A stretch of DNA of 62,864 bases from Gammaproteobacteria bacterium (GTDB taxonomy: Bacteria > Pseudomonadota > Gammaproteobacteria > GCA-001735895). The notes beneath the pieces are model-generated. The model was not told where the DNA came from. It ran no database searches and saw only the letters and a program-made list of their open reading frames with translations. The stretch is from positions 1 through 62,864 of the forward strand of contig JBNKPX010000005.1 in NCBI GenBank assembly GCA_050295575.1, given 5' to 3'. Every line of letters begins with the position of its first letter. Positions within the stretch are counted from its first letter, which is position 1. Positions 33,396 to 43,654 of this stretch are shown piece after piece. The translations under genes were made by a program, and so were the position numbers.

Positions 33396-36300
33396 ATGAG
33401 TTATTTGCAATTTCATCCCGCTGTTGGCGAATGGTTTAAAAACCATTTCGATAGCCCCTCCGAAGTTCAGGCCCAGGCCTGGCCAGCGATTCACTCGGGC
33501 AAAAATACACTTATCGCTGCACCCACCGGTTCCGGTAAGACTCTGGCGGCTTTTCTTGCAGCTATCGATCATCTGGTACAGGAGGGCCTACAATGCCCAT
33601 TACCTGATGAAACTCGAGTATTGTATGTGTCTCCGCTGAAAGCGTTATCTAATGACATTCATAAAAATCTGGAACTACCCCTCAACGGCATCCGCGATGC
33701 TTTACTGGAAAATGGATATGCGGATGTTCCAATAAGGGCGCAGGTTCGCACAGGAGATACTCCGCAGTCTGTTCGCACTATGATGATAAAACATCCGCCA
33801 CACATTCTGGTGACTACGCCTGAATCACTTTATATATTGTTGACCTCTGATTCAGGGCGTGAAATGCTGAAAACGGTGCGCAGTGTCATCGTCGATGAAA
33901 TTCATGCGCTGGCAGGCAATAAGCGAGGTGCTCATCTGACATTGAGTCTGGAACGTTTATCTCAGCTGTGTCAGCGATCTCCGGTGCGTATTGGTATCTC
34001 CGCTACTCAAAAGCCGATTGAGGATATGGCCCTGTACCTGATCGGGCAGCATGATGAGGCTGTGCAACGCGAGTGCTGTATAATCGATACCGGTTATGTG
34101 CGGGAACGGGATCTGGCGATTGAAATGACCGGGTCGCCGCTGGAGTCGGTAATGGCCAACGAAGTCTGGGATGAAATTTATCAACGCCTGCAGGAGCTGG
34201 TCGAGTCACACCGCACCACATTGATCTTTGTGAATACGCGTCGACTGGCGGAACGCGCCGCGGCTGCACTGGCAGAAAAGCTGGGTGAGGATGCGGTGAC
34301 CTCGCATCATGGCAGTCTCGCCAAAGAGCATAGGCTGGAAGCAGAGCAACGTCTGAAGTCTGGCTCGTTGCGGGCGTTGGTTGCGACAGCTTCGCTGGAA
34401 CTGGGTATCGATATCGGTGATATTGATCTGGTATGCCAGATGGGGTCTCCACGCAGCATTGCCACCTTTTTGCAACGCGCAGGGCGTTCTGGTCATCAAC
34501 TAGCAGCTACACCCAAAGCGCGCCTGTTTCCACTCAGTCGAGATGATCTGGTCGAATGTGTTGCCATGCTGGATGCGATCCGGCGCGATGAGCTGGATCG
34601 CATCGTGCAGCCACAGCAGCCACTGGATGTATTATCGCAACAGATTGTTGCCGAGGTTTCCGCACGCGAATGGCAGGAACTGGAATTATTTCGTGTATTT
34701 AAGTCTGCCTGGCCCTATCACGATCTGACTGAAAAACAGTTTATCGATATTGTGAAAATGCTGGCCGATGGATTTCATACCCGACGTGGGCGTCGAGGTG
34801 CTTATCTGCATCGGGATGCAGTGAATGGGGTGTTACGCGCACGGCGTGGGGCAAGACTTACTGCTATCACCAATGGCGGCGCGATCCCTGATCAATTTGA
34901 TTTCGATGTCATCCTACAGCCGGAAGGGCTGTTTGTCGGTACCCTGAATGAGGATTTCTCGTTTGAAAGTATGCCGGGCGATATCTTTCAGTTGGGTAAT
35001 ATCTCCTACCGCATTCTCAAGATCGAGCAGGGCAAGATGTATGTAGAAGATGCGCATGGGCAACCGCCTTCGATTCCATTCTGGATAGGTGAAGCTCCAG
35101 GGCGTAGCGATGAGCTGTCTCTGGCTGTTTCCAGACTGCGCGAGACCATCGATGAAAAGCTCCAGCAGGGCCAGGCTGAAGCCTTACAGTATCTGCAGAA
35201 AGATCTTCAGCTGAAAGAGCCTGCTTTAGATCAGTTACTGAATTATCTGGCGACCACTAAAGCGGTTCTGGGCGTGATACCTAGCCAGCATAGTGTCGTA
35301 TTCGAACGTTTCTTTGATGAAACCGGCGATATGCATTTTGTGATTCATGCGCCTTTTGGATCCAGAGTGAATAAGGCCTGGGGTCTGGCGTTAAGAAAAC
35401 GTTTCTGCCGTCGTTTTAATTTTGAGTTACAGGCCGCGGCCAATGAAGATAATCTGATTCTATCTCTAGGCCCGACACATAGCTTCCCGCTCGATGAACC
35501 GGCTAGTTATCTGAATGCTGAAACTGTGCAGCATATTCTGGTGCAGGCATTACTAGATGCACCTATGTTCCCTACCCGTTGGCGCTGGGTGTGTAATACC
35601 TCGCTGGCAGTGCCGCGCTTTCGCGCTGGAAAAAGAGTGCCTGCACCTTTTCAACGTAATGATGCTGAAGATCTGGTGGCGCTGGTGTTCCCCGATCAAC
35701 TGGCCTGTTTTGAAAATATTCAGGGCGAACGCGAAGTACCGGATCACCCGCTGGTGAATCAGGTGCTGCAGGATTGCCTGCACGAAGTTATGGATATAGA
35801 TGGCTTGAAACAGGTTCTGGAGCATATCGCCAGTGGGCAAATAACGGTGAGCAGCAAAGACTTGCCAACACCTTCACCCATGGCGCATGAAATTTTAAAT
35901 GCCAGACCCTATGCCTTTCTGGATGATGCTCCTGCCGAAGAAAGACGAGCGCTGGCAGTCAGGCAACGACAGCATGGAGATCCTCAAAGTGCCGTTGAAA
36001 TGGGACGTTTGAATCCTGATGCCATACAAAAGGTGAAGGATGAAGCCTGGCCCGATGTGCGAAACAGGGATGAATTGCATGATGCACTGGTGCTGATGGG
36101 GTTTATCGTTGAAGATGAAGTGCGACCCGAGGAGCGCAAGAGCTGGCAGGATTATCTGGGGCAATTGCAAACGGGTAAGAGAGCTACGCGATTGTTTAAT
36201 AGTGAAGGAAAAGCGCTTTGGGTAGCTGCGGAACGCTTACAGATGATGCTATGCGCTTGCCCAGCTTTAGAAATGAAACCACAGATTAAGGCCGTTGAAG

Positions 36301-37700
36301 GCAGTGAAGCGGAATCGACTGAACAGGCGTTAATCGAAATAATACGTAGTCGGCTGGAAGGCCTGGGGCCGGTTACTGAAGCAGAACTGGCCGAACCCTT
36401 ACCGCTTGAGATCCCGGCCATACATCAGGCCTTGCTGCATCTGGAGCAGGAAGGCTTCGTGATTCAGGGGCACTTTACTCCGCATACAGATCAGCTTGAA
36501 TGGTGTGAGCGAGGACTGTTGGCGCGTATTCATCGATATACGCTAAAGCAGTTACGTAATGAGATAGAGCCGGTGAGCGCTGCTGATTTTATGCGTTACC
36601 TGTTTAGCTGGCAGGGGCTGGATGATCCAGGCGAAGGTATAGCAACACTGGAACACGTGTTGTTACAACTGGAGGGTGTAAGTGTTGCTGCGGCAAGCTG
36701 GGAAGAGGAGATTCTGCCAGCTCGCCTGCAACCTTATTTTTCCACTCAGCTGGATGAGTTATGTAGTTCTGGTCGCTTAGCCTGGCTGCGCATTAAGAAT
36801 GCAGCACAAAAAGATAACAGGCGTAAGAACCCTGCTATAAAAACAACTCCCATCAGTTTCATCTATCGGCAAAATTTACCCCTGTGGAGTCAGCATATTG
36901 AATTTGATGCGGATGGCTTGAGCTCATCCGCCAACAAGGCGCTGCAGGTGTTGAAGCAATGGGGGGCGAGTTTCTTTGATGAATTACAGCAGCAGACCGG
37001 GTTATTAAAAACCCAACTGGAGGCGGCACTAGGCGAGCTGGTTGCCTGGGGGCTGGTGAATTCAGATCAGTTTCAGGGGCTACGTGCGCTGGTGAGTCCG
37101 GTGAAAAGATCGCATCCGCAAAGACGTCGAGCCATGGTACAGACACCGTTAGCTGCTGGTGGACGCTGGTCATTGATACGTCCTGTAATGGAACCGCCAG
37201 ACAAACGGCAACAGGCTGAACAGATCGTACGTACCCTGTTGACCCGTTATGGGGTGGTCTTCCGAAAGTTACTAGAGCGTGAGTATGGCCTGCCGCCCTG
37301 GCATGATTTACTGTATGTATTACGTCGAATGGAAGCGCGCGGTGAGCTACGTGGCGGACGTTTTGTACAGGGTTTTGCTGGTGAGCATTTTGCCTTACCC
37401 GAAGCAGTAAGTCTGTTGCGTGAAGTCAGAAAACACAGGGATTCTGATCAGCTGATTAGTATCAGTGGCACTGACCCATTAAATCTGACCGGGATTATAA
37501 CGCCGGGTAAACGCATGCCCGCTCAATCGGGTTACCGCATTCTGTATCGAGACGGTAAGCCTGTAGCGAGTAACCAGAATGGTGAAGTGATCATCGATGA
37601 CAATATCCCCGAACAAGACCACTGGCAGATCAAGAAGCTGTTGACCCGAAAACATCATCCAGCCTCTTTTCATAAACCGCCTGCGGGGCGGTTTTTTTAA
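33396..37700 (+). CDS. lhr: Lhr-type large ATP-dependent DEAD/DEAH-box helicase
   Basis: Motif I AAPTGSGKT, motif II VDEIH, and a 1434-aa length with the long Lhr C-terminal extension. Confidence 0.9.
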   Translation: MSYLQFHPAVGEWFKNHFDSPSEVQAQAWPAIHSGKNTLIAAPTGSGKTLAAFLAAIDHLVQEGLQCPLPDETRVLYVSPLKALSNDIHKNLELPLNGIRDALLENGYADVPIRAQVRTGDTPQSVRTMMIKHPPHILVTTPESLYILLTSDSGREMLKTVRSVIVDEIHALAGNKRGAHLTLSLERLSQLCQRSPVRIGISATQKPIEDMALYLIGQHDEAVQRECCIIDTGYVRERDLAIEMTGSPLESVMANEVWDEIYQRLQELVESHRTTLIFVNTRRLAERAAAALAEKLGEDAVTSHHGSLAKEHRLEAEQRLKSGSLRALVATASLELGIDIGDIDLVCQMGSPRSIATFLQRAGRSGHQLAATPKARLFPLSRDDLVECVAMLDAIRRDELDRIVQPQQPLDVLSQQIVAEVSAREWQELELFRVFKSAWPYHDLTEKQFIDIVKMLADGFHTRRGRRGAYLHRDAVNGVLRARRGARLTAITNGGAIPDQFDFDVILQPEGLFVGTLNEDFSFESMPGDIFQLGNISYRILKIEQGKMYVEDAHGQPPSIPFWIGEAPGRSDELSLAVSRLRETIDEKLQQGQAEALQYLQKDLQLKEPALDQLLNYLATTKAVLGVIPSQHSVVFERFFDETGDMHFVIHAPFGSRVNKAWGLALRKRFCRRFNFELQAAANEDNLILSLGPTHSFPLDEPASYLNAETVQHILVQALLDAPMFPTRWRWVCNTSLAVPRFRAGKRVPAPFQRNDAEDLVALVFPDQLACFENIQGEREVPDHPLVNQVLQDCLHEVMDIDGLKQVLEHIASGQITVSSKDLPTPSPMAHEILNARPYAFLDDAPAEERRALAVRQRQHGDPQSAVEMGRLNPDAIQKVKDEAWPDVRNRDELHDALVLMGFIVEDEVRPEERKSWQDYLGQLQTGKRATRLFNSEGKALWVAAERLQMMLCACPALEMKPQIKAVEGSEAESTEQALIEIIRSRLEGLGPVTEAELAEPLPLEIPAIHQALLHLEQEGFVIQGHFTPHTDQLEWCERGLLARIHRYTLKQLRNEIEPVSAADFMRYLFSWQGLDDPGEGIATLEHVLLQLEGVSVAAASWEEEILPARLQPYFSTQLDELCSSGRLAWLRIKNAAQKDNRRKNPAIKTTPISFIYRQNLPLWSQHIEFDADGLSSSANKALQVLKQWGASFFDELQQQTGLLKTQLEAALGELVAWGLVNSDQFQGLRALVSPVKRSHPQRRRAMVQTPLAAGGRWSLIRPVMEPPDKRQQAEQIVRTLLTRYGVVFRKLLEREYGLPPWHDLLYVLRRMEARGELRGGRFVQGFAGEHFALPEAVSLLREVRKHRDSDQLISISGTDPLNLTGIITPGKRMPAQSGYRILYRDGKPVASNQNGEVIIDDNIPEQDHWQIKKLLTRKHHPASFHKPPAGRFF
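37674..37698 (+). terminator. Rho-independent terminator overlapping the lhr stop codon
   Basis: AAACCGCC-tgcgg-GGCGGTTT followed by a T7 run. The TAA stop (37698-37700) uses the last T. Confidence 0.75.
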
Positions 37701-37710
37701 GGTCGCTGTG

Positions 37711-38297
37711 TTAACCACGAAGGGCACGAAGGGTATTAGTGTGGGGGCATCTTTGTGCACTTCGCGAGCTTTGTGGTTAGGGGGTTCCTTTTGCGGGTTT
37801 ATTTAACCACAGAGCACACAGAGGACACTGAGAGGGATGTTTTGGGTGGGAACCTGTGGTATGAATTATTTAGTCAAACCAAGTAGCAGTGTTTCAAAGA
37901 AAAACAAAAAAACTCTGTGTTCTCTGTGTCCTCGGCAACTGCTCCTGCGTTGCCCTACTTACGGGCGTCCTGCCCTAATCCGTGGTTACAAACTGCTTTT
38001 AGTCTTTTTCAATTTATAGCTTAATTTAACCACGAAGGGCACGAAGAACACGAAGGGTATTAGTGTGGGGGTATCTTAGTGATCATCGTTTGCTTTGTGG
38101 TTAGGGGGTTCCTTTTGCGGGTTTATTTAACCACAGAGCGCACGGAGGACACTGAGAAGGATGTTTTGGGGTACCCTGTTTATACACCTTATTAAGTTAA
38201 GCCAAAGAACAGTGCTTCTAAGATAATCCAAAAAACTCTGTGCTCTCTGTGTCCTCTGTGGTTTCTAACTGCTTTTAGTCTTTTTCTTCGTGGTTAA
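37711..38297. repeat. Two tandem ~315-bp units built from nested inverted ACCACGAAG / ACCACAGAG REP-like motifs
   Basis: Unit 1 starts at 37711 and unit 2 at 38026, both with TTAACCACGAAGGGCACGAAG. Each has TTAACCACAGAGCRCACRGAGGACAC paired with a downstream GTGTCCTC(N)GTGGTT. Unit 2 ends in CTTCGTGGTTAA, abutting the MocR stop codon. Unit 1 carries a ~47-nt extra segment. Confidence 0.8.
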
Positions 38298-39719
38298 TCA
38301 ACTCTCTGAATCGATAACCTGTTTTAGTTTTATCATTGCCTGCTCCATTTCTGTTTCTGTAAAACTGCAAAATCCCATTAACAATCCGTTCTGAGAAGAG
38401 CTTGAGGCGTAGTAGCTCGATAGCGCGAGGCAGGTGATACCCTGTTGAGCTAATCTTTCAGCGACTTCGGTGTCTTTCAAAGCAAGGGGTAATTTAACGG
38501 CAATATGCATACCTGCTTTATGATCTTCGAATGTGGCCAATTCGCCCAGATGAGCCTGTAGCAGGTTGATAAAGACCTGCCTGCGTTCGGCATATATTCG
38601 GCGTACGCGTCGTATGTGCCGAAAATATTCGCCATTTTGCATGAATAAGGCGAGTGGGCGTTGGGGCATGACAGAGGCTTTTGAACCAAACTTTTTAATG
38701 TTGGCGACAAAATGGGGGATGAGTGCCGCTGGCATGACTAAAAAACCCATGCGAATTCCATGTGAAAATATCTTGGAGAAACTACCGACATAAAGGGTTC
38801 TCTGGTTGCTATCCAGGCCAGCAAGAGAGGGGATCGGACGACCAGAATAGCGAAACTCACTGTCATAATCATCTTCAATAATCCAGCCATTTTGCCGCTT
38901 TGCCCAGGCGATAAATGCATTGCGTCTTGCCTGAGGCAATGCTCCGCCTAATGGGAACTGAGAAGAGGGGGTCAGTATGACCAGATTTTGCACGGATGTG
39001 TTTTTGCTTATGGACGGTGGGAGCGCCCCATGGTGGTCCATTTTCAGTTCGCTGACCGCTATGCTGAGGTTTTTCACGAATGCACGCAGTGGTGGGTAAC
39101 AGGGATCTTCCAGAAAAATCTGGTCTTCATGCCGTATCAGGGTACGAATACAATGCTCCAGTGCTTCACTGGCTCCGGCTGTTATTAACACCTGACCTGG
39201 GTCAGCCCTTAATCCACGCCACTCGGCAAGATAGCGACAGATTTCTTGGCGCAGCTCAGGGTCTCCAAATAGTTCATTACTTCTCACCAGTGATTCAGCC
39301 TGTGTTCTTGCTACATGGGCAATGCACTTGCCCCATTGTCGATAGGGGAACAGGCGTGCATCAGGATTGCCCGGGTGGAATGGCTGTAGTTTGCTGCTGG
39401 AAATAGATGCAAGCGATGTACTGCTAGTGGACATCTTCCTGCGCTCTAGCTGTTCAACTTCACCGATGTCACTGACATAAACTCCCGAGCCCGTTTTACT
39501 GTAAGCAAAACCCTCTGCAATCAGTTGTTCATAGGCTGTGATCACGGTAGAGCGCGAAACCCCCAACTCTTCCGCTAACTTTCTTGTGGGTGGTAGACGT
39601 TCATCTTGCTTGAGCTGAGTAGAGACAATGCGCTCGCGCAGCGATTCGTAGACCTGTACAAACAGAGGGATTGATGAATCTGGGGCAATGTTAAGGTCGA
39701 GCAAGGGAATGTCTATCAT
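38298..39719 (-). CDS. MocR/PdxR-type regulator (GntR wHTH fused to an aminotransferase class I/II-like domain)
   Basis: GntR HTH LPPTRKLAEELGVSRSTVITAYEQLIAEGF followed by a ~350-aa aminotransferase-fold region (YVGSFSKIFSHGIRMGF, PLP-lysine context). Confidence 0.88.
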   Translation of the reverse strand: MIDIPLLDLNIAPDSSIPLFVQVYESLRERIVSTQLKQDERLPPTRKLAEELGVSRSTVITAYEQLIAEGFAYSKTGSGVYVSDIGEVEQLERRKMSTSSTSLASISSSKLQPFHPGNPDARLFPYRQWGKCIAHVARTQAESLVRSNELFGDPELRQEICRYLAEWRGLRADPGQVLITAGASEALEHCIRTLIRHEDQIFLEDPCYPPLRAFVKNLSIAVSELKMDHHGALPPSISKNTSVQNLVILTPSSQFPLGGALPQARRNAFIAWAKRQNGWIIEDDYDSEFRYSGRPIPSLAGLDSNQRTLYVGSFSKIFSHGIRMGFLVMPAALIPHFVANIKKFGSKASVMPQRPLALFMQNGEYFRHIRRVRRIYAERRQVFINLLQAHLGELATFEDHKAGMHIAVKLPLALKDTEVAERLAQQGITCLALSSYYASSSSQNGLLMGFCSFTETEMEQAMIKLKQVIDSES

Positions 39720-39721
39720 TA

Positions 39722-39769
39722 ATTGGTATGTATAAAAATATAAAAATTGGATATTAATTAAATACCAAT
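39722..39769. promoter_or_regulatory. Candidate MocR operator repeats in the divergent intergenic region
   Basis: ATTGGTAT (39722-39729), ATTGGATAT (39746-39754) and the inverted ATACCAAT (39762-39769) lie between the MocR gene and the GNAT gene. MocR regulators typically bind such direct/inverted repeat sets. Confidence 0.35.
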
Positions 39770-39813
39770 ATATCTCTATAGTGCAAGCTAAGTTAAATCA
39801 AAAAGGGTTTCCC

Positions 39814-40254
39814 ATGATTGAATCCGTATCCTCAAATAACCTTGATCAAGTCCTGCCATTGGTTCGACAGTATCAGGAGTTTTATAAAGTGGCTGATATT
39901 TCAGATTCGCGTAACGCGACATTCTTTTCACAATTTGGGGAATCAAGTTCTGCGGGCTGTCAGTTCATCTACCGTGACTCCGGTCAGGTGGTTGGCTTTG
40001 CCACAGTTTACTTTTCATTTACCACTAGCATTACGGCAAAGGTCGCAGTGCTTAACGACCTGTATACCCTGGATGGGTATAGAGGCAGGGGGATTGGCCG
40101 TCAGCTAATTCAGCATTGCCAGCGCTATGCGGCAAAAAATGGGGCGGCTCGTCTGCAATGGGTGACCGCTGTTGACAATGAGCCGGCGCAGAAGCTGTAT
40201 GACGGAGTCTGTACGAGTAAAAGTAGCTGGTTTTTTTATACGCTCAATACCTGA
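39814..40254 (+). CDS. GNAT family N-acetyltransferase
   Basis: Acetyl-CoA motif YRGRGIGRQLIQHCQRYAAKNGAARL. The ATG at 39814 is preferred to the upstream GTG. Confidence 0.8.
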   Translation: MIESVSSNNLDQVLPLVRQYQEFYKVADISDSRNATFFSQFGESSSAGCQFIYRDSGQVVGFATVYFSFTTSITAKVAVLNDLYTLDGYRGRGIGRQLIQHCQRYAAKNGAARLQWVTAVDNEPAQKLYDGVCTSKSSWFFYTLNT

Positions 40255-40315
40255 AAACTACAGCTTGATAATTTTGATATAAATTTATCTATAAACGTGG
40301 ATAGAGAAAAACACG

Positions 40316-40969
40316 ATGAATGATCTAGTTAATAAAACTGAACGTACTCGCTTACGCAGGCTGCGAGAGCGTGGACATTACGACCGGGAAACCATTTACG
40401 AAATTCTCGATGCTATGCCGATGTGTCATATCGGATATATGCAACAGGGATCTCCTGTTGTTATGCCTACCATTCAATGGCGCGAGGGGGATCATATCTA
40501 CTGGCATGCATCCAGCGCTGGTCGAGGAGTGAAAGCATGGCTGCAAGGCGAAGTATGCATCACGGTATCTTTACTGGATGGGCTGGTGTTAGCGAGGTCT
40601 GCATTGCATCACTCGGCGAATTTTCGTTCCGTTTTGATCTTCGGCCAGCCGACCCTGATAACGGATTACGATGAAAAGTACCAAAAACTAAATGGGCTTA
40701 TCGATCATCTGTACCCTGGCCGAAGCCCTGATTTACGACCTATGACTGATGCAGAGGTTAAGCAAACCGCCGTGTTGTCTCTTCCGGTTGAGGAAGCATC
40801 GGCCAAGATCCGTAATACCGGTGTAAGCGATGATGAAGAGGACTATGCTCAGGCGGTCTGGTCAGGTGTTATTCCGATAAAAACGCAACTAATGGAGCCA
40901 GAGCCAGACGGCAGGAATCTAGAGGGTATTGAGATGCCTGACTATGTTAAGCAGATATCTATTGGCTAG
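40316..40969 (+). CDS. Pyridoxamine 5'-phosphate oxidase-like FMN-binding family protein
   Basis: Pattern RRLRERGHYDRETIYEILDAMPMCHIGY...HASSAGR is typical of the PNPOx-like split-barrel family often placed next to MocR regulators. Confidence 0.65.
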   Translation: MNDLVNKTERTRLRRLRERGHYDRETIYEILDAMPMCHIGYMQQGSPVVMPTIQWREGDHIYWHASSAGRGVKAWLQGEVCITVSLLDGLVLARSALHHSANFRSVLIFGQPTLITDYDEKYQKLNGLIDHLYPGRSPDLRPMTDAEVKQTAVLSLPVEEASAKIRNTGVSDDEEDYAQAVWSGVIPIKTQLMEPEPDGRNLEGIEMPDYVKQISIG

Positions 40970-41213
40970 CGGCCTTATCTTCGGCTTTCTTAACTCGAAT
41001 AGTGTTGCCATTTAGCTCGGATCCATTGGTGGATTTCATTGCTGCTTTGGCTTCACCGGGTTTGGGCATTTCAACAAAGCCAAAGCCTTTGGACAGGCCT
41101 GTCTTGTTATCCATCACCAGGTTGCAGGATTGAACCTTACCATGGGCTTCGAACAGGGCCTTTAACTCTGCTTCGGTGGTAGTGCGGGACAGATTGCGGA
41201 TTAACAATTTCAT
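40959..41213 (-). CDS. RRM-type RNA-binding protein (84 aa)
   Basis: MKLLIRNLSRTTTEAELKALF (RNP2) and KGFGFVEM (RNP1). Only the last 84 codons of the 159-aa ORF look real. The 3' end overlaps the convergent upstream gene by 11 nt. Confidence 0.85.
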   Translation of the reverse strand: MKLLIRNLSRTTTEAELKALFEAHGKVQSCNLVMDNKTGLSKGFGFVEMPKPGEAKAAMKSTNGSELNGNTIRVKKAEDKAASQ

Positions 41214-41302
41214 GATGGGGCTATGGGTAATGAATGAATGGTTCGCACTATACTCTGTTCCACCTTTGATGGAAAAGTATTCGACTAAAAGCTGGAGATA
41301 AT

Positions 41303-42061
41303 ATGCAATTTTCTGCCAATCTGGGATTTCTCTGGAAAGAGCTTGCGCTGCCAGATGCCATTCATAAAGCTGCGGCGGCAGGCTTTGCTGCGGTAGAGTG
41401 TCACTGGCCTTACGCAACGCCTGCGCATCAGGTTGCACAGGCTTTGGCTGAGGCCGGGATACCTATGCTGAGCCTGAATGCCTGGCGTGGGGATGCGGCA
41501 GGGGATTATGGTCTAACGGCAGTGCCAGGTAGAGAAAAGGAAGCTCGGGCTGCTATTGATCAGGCGATACAGTATGCACTGGCTATTCATACCAATAATA
41601 TTCATGTGATGACAGGCAATGCCAGTGGTGACCTGGCCTGTAAAACCTATGTTGAAAATCTGCGATATGCTACCTCTAAAGCTGATGAGTTCGGTATTAC
41701 TATCCTGATTGAGCCATTGAATCATTATGATGCTCCAGGGTATTTTCTGCACAATACTGAGCAGGCTAAACAGGTGATCGATGAGGTTGCTGCGTCTAAT
41801 CTAAAGCTGATGTTTGACTGTTATCACCTGCAAATCATGCAGGGTGATATCTCGCGTAGGCTGCAGGAACTGATGCCGATTATCGGTCATATCCAGATTG
41901 CCTCAGTGCCTGATCGTGCCGAACCGGATGGTGGCGAGTTGGATTATAGGTATATTATGAATCTGCTTGAGGATATCGGCTACAGCCAGCCGATAGGCGC
42001 AGAATACAAACCACGAAGTACTACAGAGGCGGGCCTTGGCTGGATGGACGCGCTGAGTTAA
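41303..42061 (+). CDS. Hydroxypyruvate isomerase family / xylose-isomerase-like TIM-barrel protein
   Basis: MQFSANLGFLWKELALPDAIHKAAAAGFAAVE..., LIEPLN, FDCYHLQIMQGD and HIQIA are characteristic Hyi/OtnI-type blocks. Confidence 0.8.
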   Translation: MQFSANLGFLWKELALPDAIHKAAAAGFAAVECHWPYATPAHQVAQALAEAGIPMLSLNAWRGDAAGDYGLTAVPGREKEARAAIDQAIQYALAIHTNNIHVMTGNASGDLACKTYVENLRYATSKADEFGITILIEPLNHYDAPGYFLHNTEQAKQVIDEVAASNLKLMFDCYHLQIMQGDISRRLQELMPIIGHIQIASVPDRAEPDGGELDYRYIMNLLEDIGYSQPIGAEYKPRSTTEAGLGWMDALS

Positions 42062-42094
42062 AGTAGCGCCACATTTTGTGACCGAGATAGTTCA

Positions 42095-42694
42095 TTGATC
42101 CGCTTATACTTTCCCCATTTTCTTGCCGCTGTTTATGTGGTTTTTTTCATTATACTGGGTATTGAGCCGGTATCGCGGGAGGTGTGGATAGCTGAGGTTA
42201 TTCCGGTTGTGGCTATCTTTCTGCTGCTTGTTTTTACCTTCAGGTTGTTTCGTTTCAGTAATCTGGCGTATGCATTGATGGCTATCTGGATATTCTGGCA
42301 TACGGTAGGCGGGCACTATACCTTTGCCAATGTCCCTTTTCAGTGGTTCAGTGATTTGATTGGTGCAGAAAGGAATCACTTCGATCGCATCGGTCATTTT
42401 GTCATAGGTTTTTTTGCATTTGGCATGGCAGAGTGGTTACTCAGGAAAAAGTATTGCTCTTTCTGGTTGGCAGCAGCCTTCGGTCTGTTTTTTATCATGA
42501 GTGTAGCCGCCGCCTATGAAATCATCGAATGGTGGTATGCAGTAGCCGAAGGGGGAGATGCCGGTGTTGAATTTCTGGGTTCTCAGGGCGATATCTGGGA
42601 TGCGCAGAAGGATATGCTTGCAGATACACTGGGGGCGATTAGCTCGTTAATTCTGTTTTCAATGCTGCGCCCGGACCAGAAACTCGTTGAATGA
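42095..42694 (+). CDS. DUF2238 (YjdF-like) inner-membrane protein
   Basis: Multi-TM protein with WHTVGGHYTFANVPF, NHFDRIGHF and YEIIEWW blocks. Non-ATG start in the ORF track, so the start is uncertain. Confidence 0.65.
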   Translation: MIRLYFPHFLAAVYVVFFIILGIEPVSREVWIAEVIPVVAIFLLLVFTFRLFRFSNLAYALMAIWIFWHTVGGHYTFANVPFQWFSDLIGAERNHFDRIGHFVIGFFAFGMAEWLLRKKYCSFWLAAAFGLFFIMSVAAAYEIIEWWYAVAEGGDAGVEFLGSQGDIWDAQKDMLADTLGAISSLILFSMLRPDQKLVE

Positions 42695-42772
42695 CTAGCC
42701 ACTCAGATAGCTTGTCTATCTCTGCTCATATACATGCTCAGACAGCAAGGTTTACACCTTAAGGCGGGTTAA

Positions 42773-43624
42773 TTACTGGGTCATGCCAAAAGACAGCATG
42801 ACGTCATAGGCCTGGTCTTCAGCCAGATGCCAGGCCACCAGAATTTGATTAGCCGGGCATTTCGCCTGTTGCCAGTTGGTGATTTTATCCAGTATCGGTA
42901 GTAGCTCTTCTTCTTCCGCCGGCGGTGATCCATTGCTAAGCTGATTGGCCAGATAAATAATGCAATTGGTATCGGCATAGGGACCGTAATGGTCTGTTTC
43001 ATGGTGGTTTTTAACGGCATAAACCAGTAAATCAGGCAGACGCCATTTTTGCAGCAGGGCCTTGCTCACGTTGGTGTGATCAAATCCCAGAATGTCGAAT
43101 TCAGCCTGGATAATATCTAAGCCCTGTTCCGCAACTAATGTATCTATTTGCTGCTGAAATTCGGGTAGTTTGGAGGCTATTACCAATCTGCCAACATCAT
43201 GTAACAGTCCTGCAGTGAATAGCGCTTCATGATCAATAATATGGGCGCTTTGCATCGCAATATGGCGCGCGATGATGGCGGTTTTGATGCTATGTCTCCA
43301 GAAATCGTTCATGGAGAAGTTTTTGTTTTCAATATTCCTGAAAAGCCCTGCCAGCAGGGTGCCGATCAGGATGTCTTTCAGACGCTCGCGGCCGATCAGT
43401 GAGATGGTTTGAGGTATAGATGTTACAGAATAGGGTAGCCCGTAGTAGGCGCTGTTAACCATCCTGAGGATTCTTGAGGTAATGGATGGCTCTGTTTGTA
43501 CGGCTTCTCCTATCTTATTCACGGATGCATTAACGTCATCCAGCAGGGCTGTTACTCGTGTATAGATCTGGGGCAGGGCCGGTAATTCTTTTACTTTGGA
43601 AAGCAGTAACTCTAATTCGGACAT
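42773..43624 (-). CDS. HDOD domain protein
   Basis: LPALPQIYTRVTALLDD..., ISLIGRERLKDIL, GLLHDVGRLV and FDHTNVSKALLQKWRLP are typical HDOD blocks. Confidence 0.85.
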   Translation of the reverse strand: MSELELLLSKVKELPALPQIYTRVTALLDDVNASVNKIGEAVQTEPSITSRILRMVNSAYYGLPYSVTSIPQTISLIGRERLKDILIGTLLAGLFRNIENKNFSMNDFWRHSIKTAIIARHIAMQSAHIIDHEALFTAGLLHDVGRLVIASKLPEFQQQIDTLVAEQGLDIIQAEFDILGFDHTNVSKALLQKWRLPDLLVYAVKNHHETDHYGPYADTNCIIYLANQLSNGSPPAEEEELLPILDKITNWQQAKCPANQILVAWHLAEDQAYDVMLSFGMTQ

Positions 43625-43654
43625 ATTCTAGTTCTAAATACCTGTGTACCTTAA

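Noticed and set aside
33396-37700. Lhr helicase (with the nearby NYN and HDOD genes) as part of a phage-defence island.
   Set aside because: The Lhr architecture is the housekeeping type. Neighbours are metabolic or regulatory genes, and no nuclease/methylase/toxin partners, integrase or compositional island signal were seen.
37711-38297. CRISPR array.
   Set aside because: There are only two long (~315-bp) units with internal inverted repeats, no short repeat/spacer periodicity and no cas genes.
40959-41438. 159-aa ORF-track version of the RRM protein.
   Set aside because: Only the last 84 residues form the RRM (RNP2/RNP1). The upstream 75 aa overlap the promoter and start region of the divergent isomerase gene.
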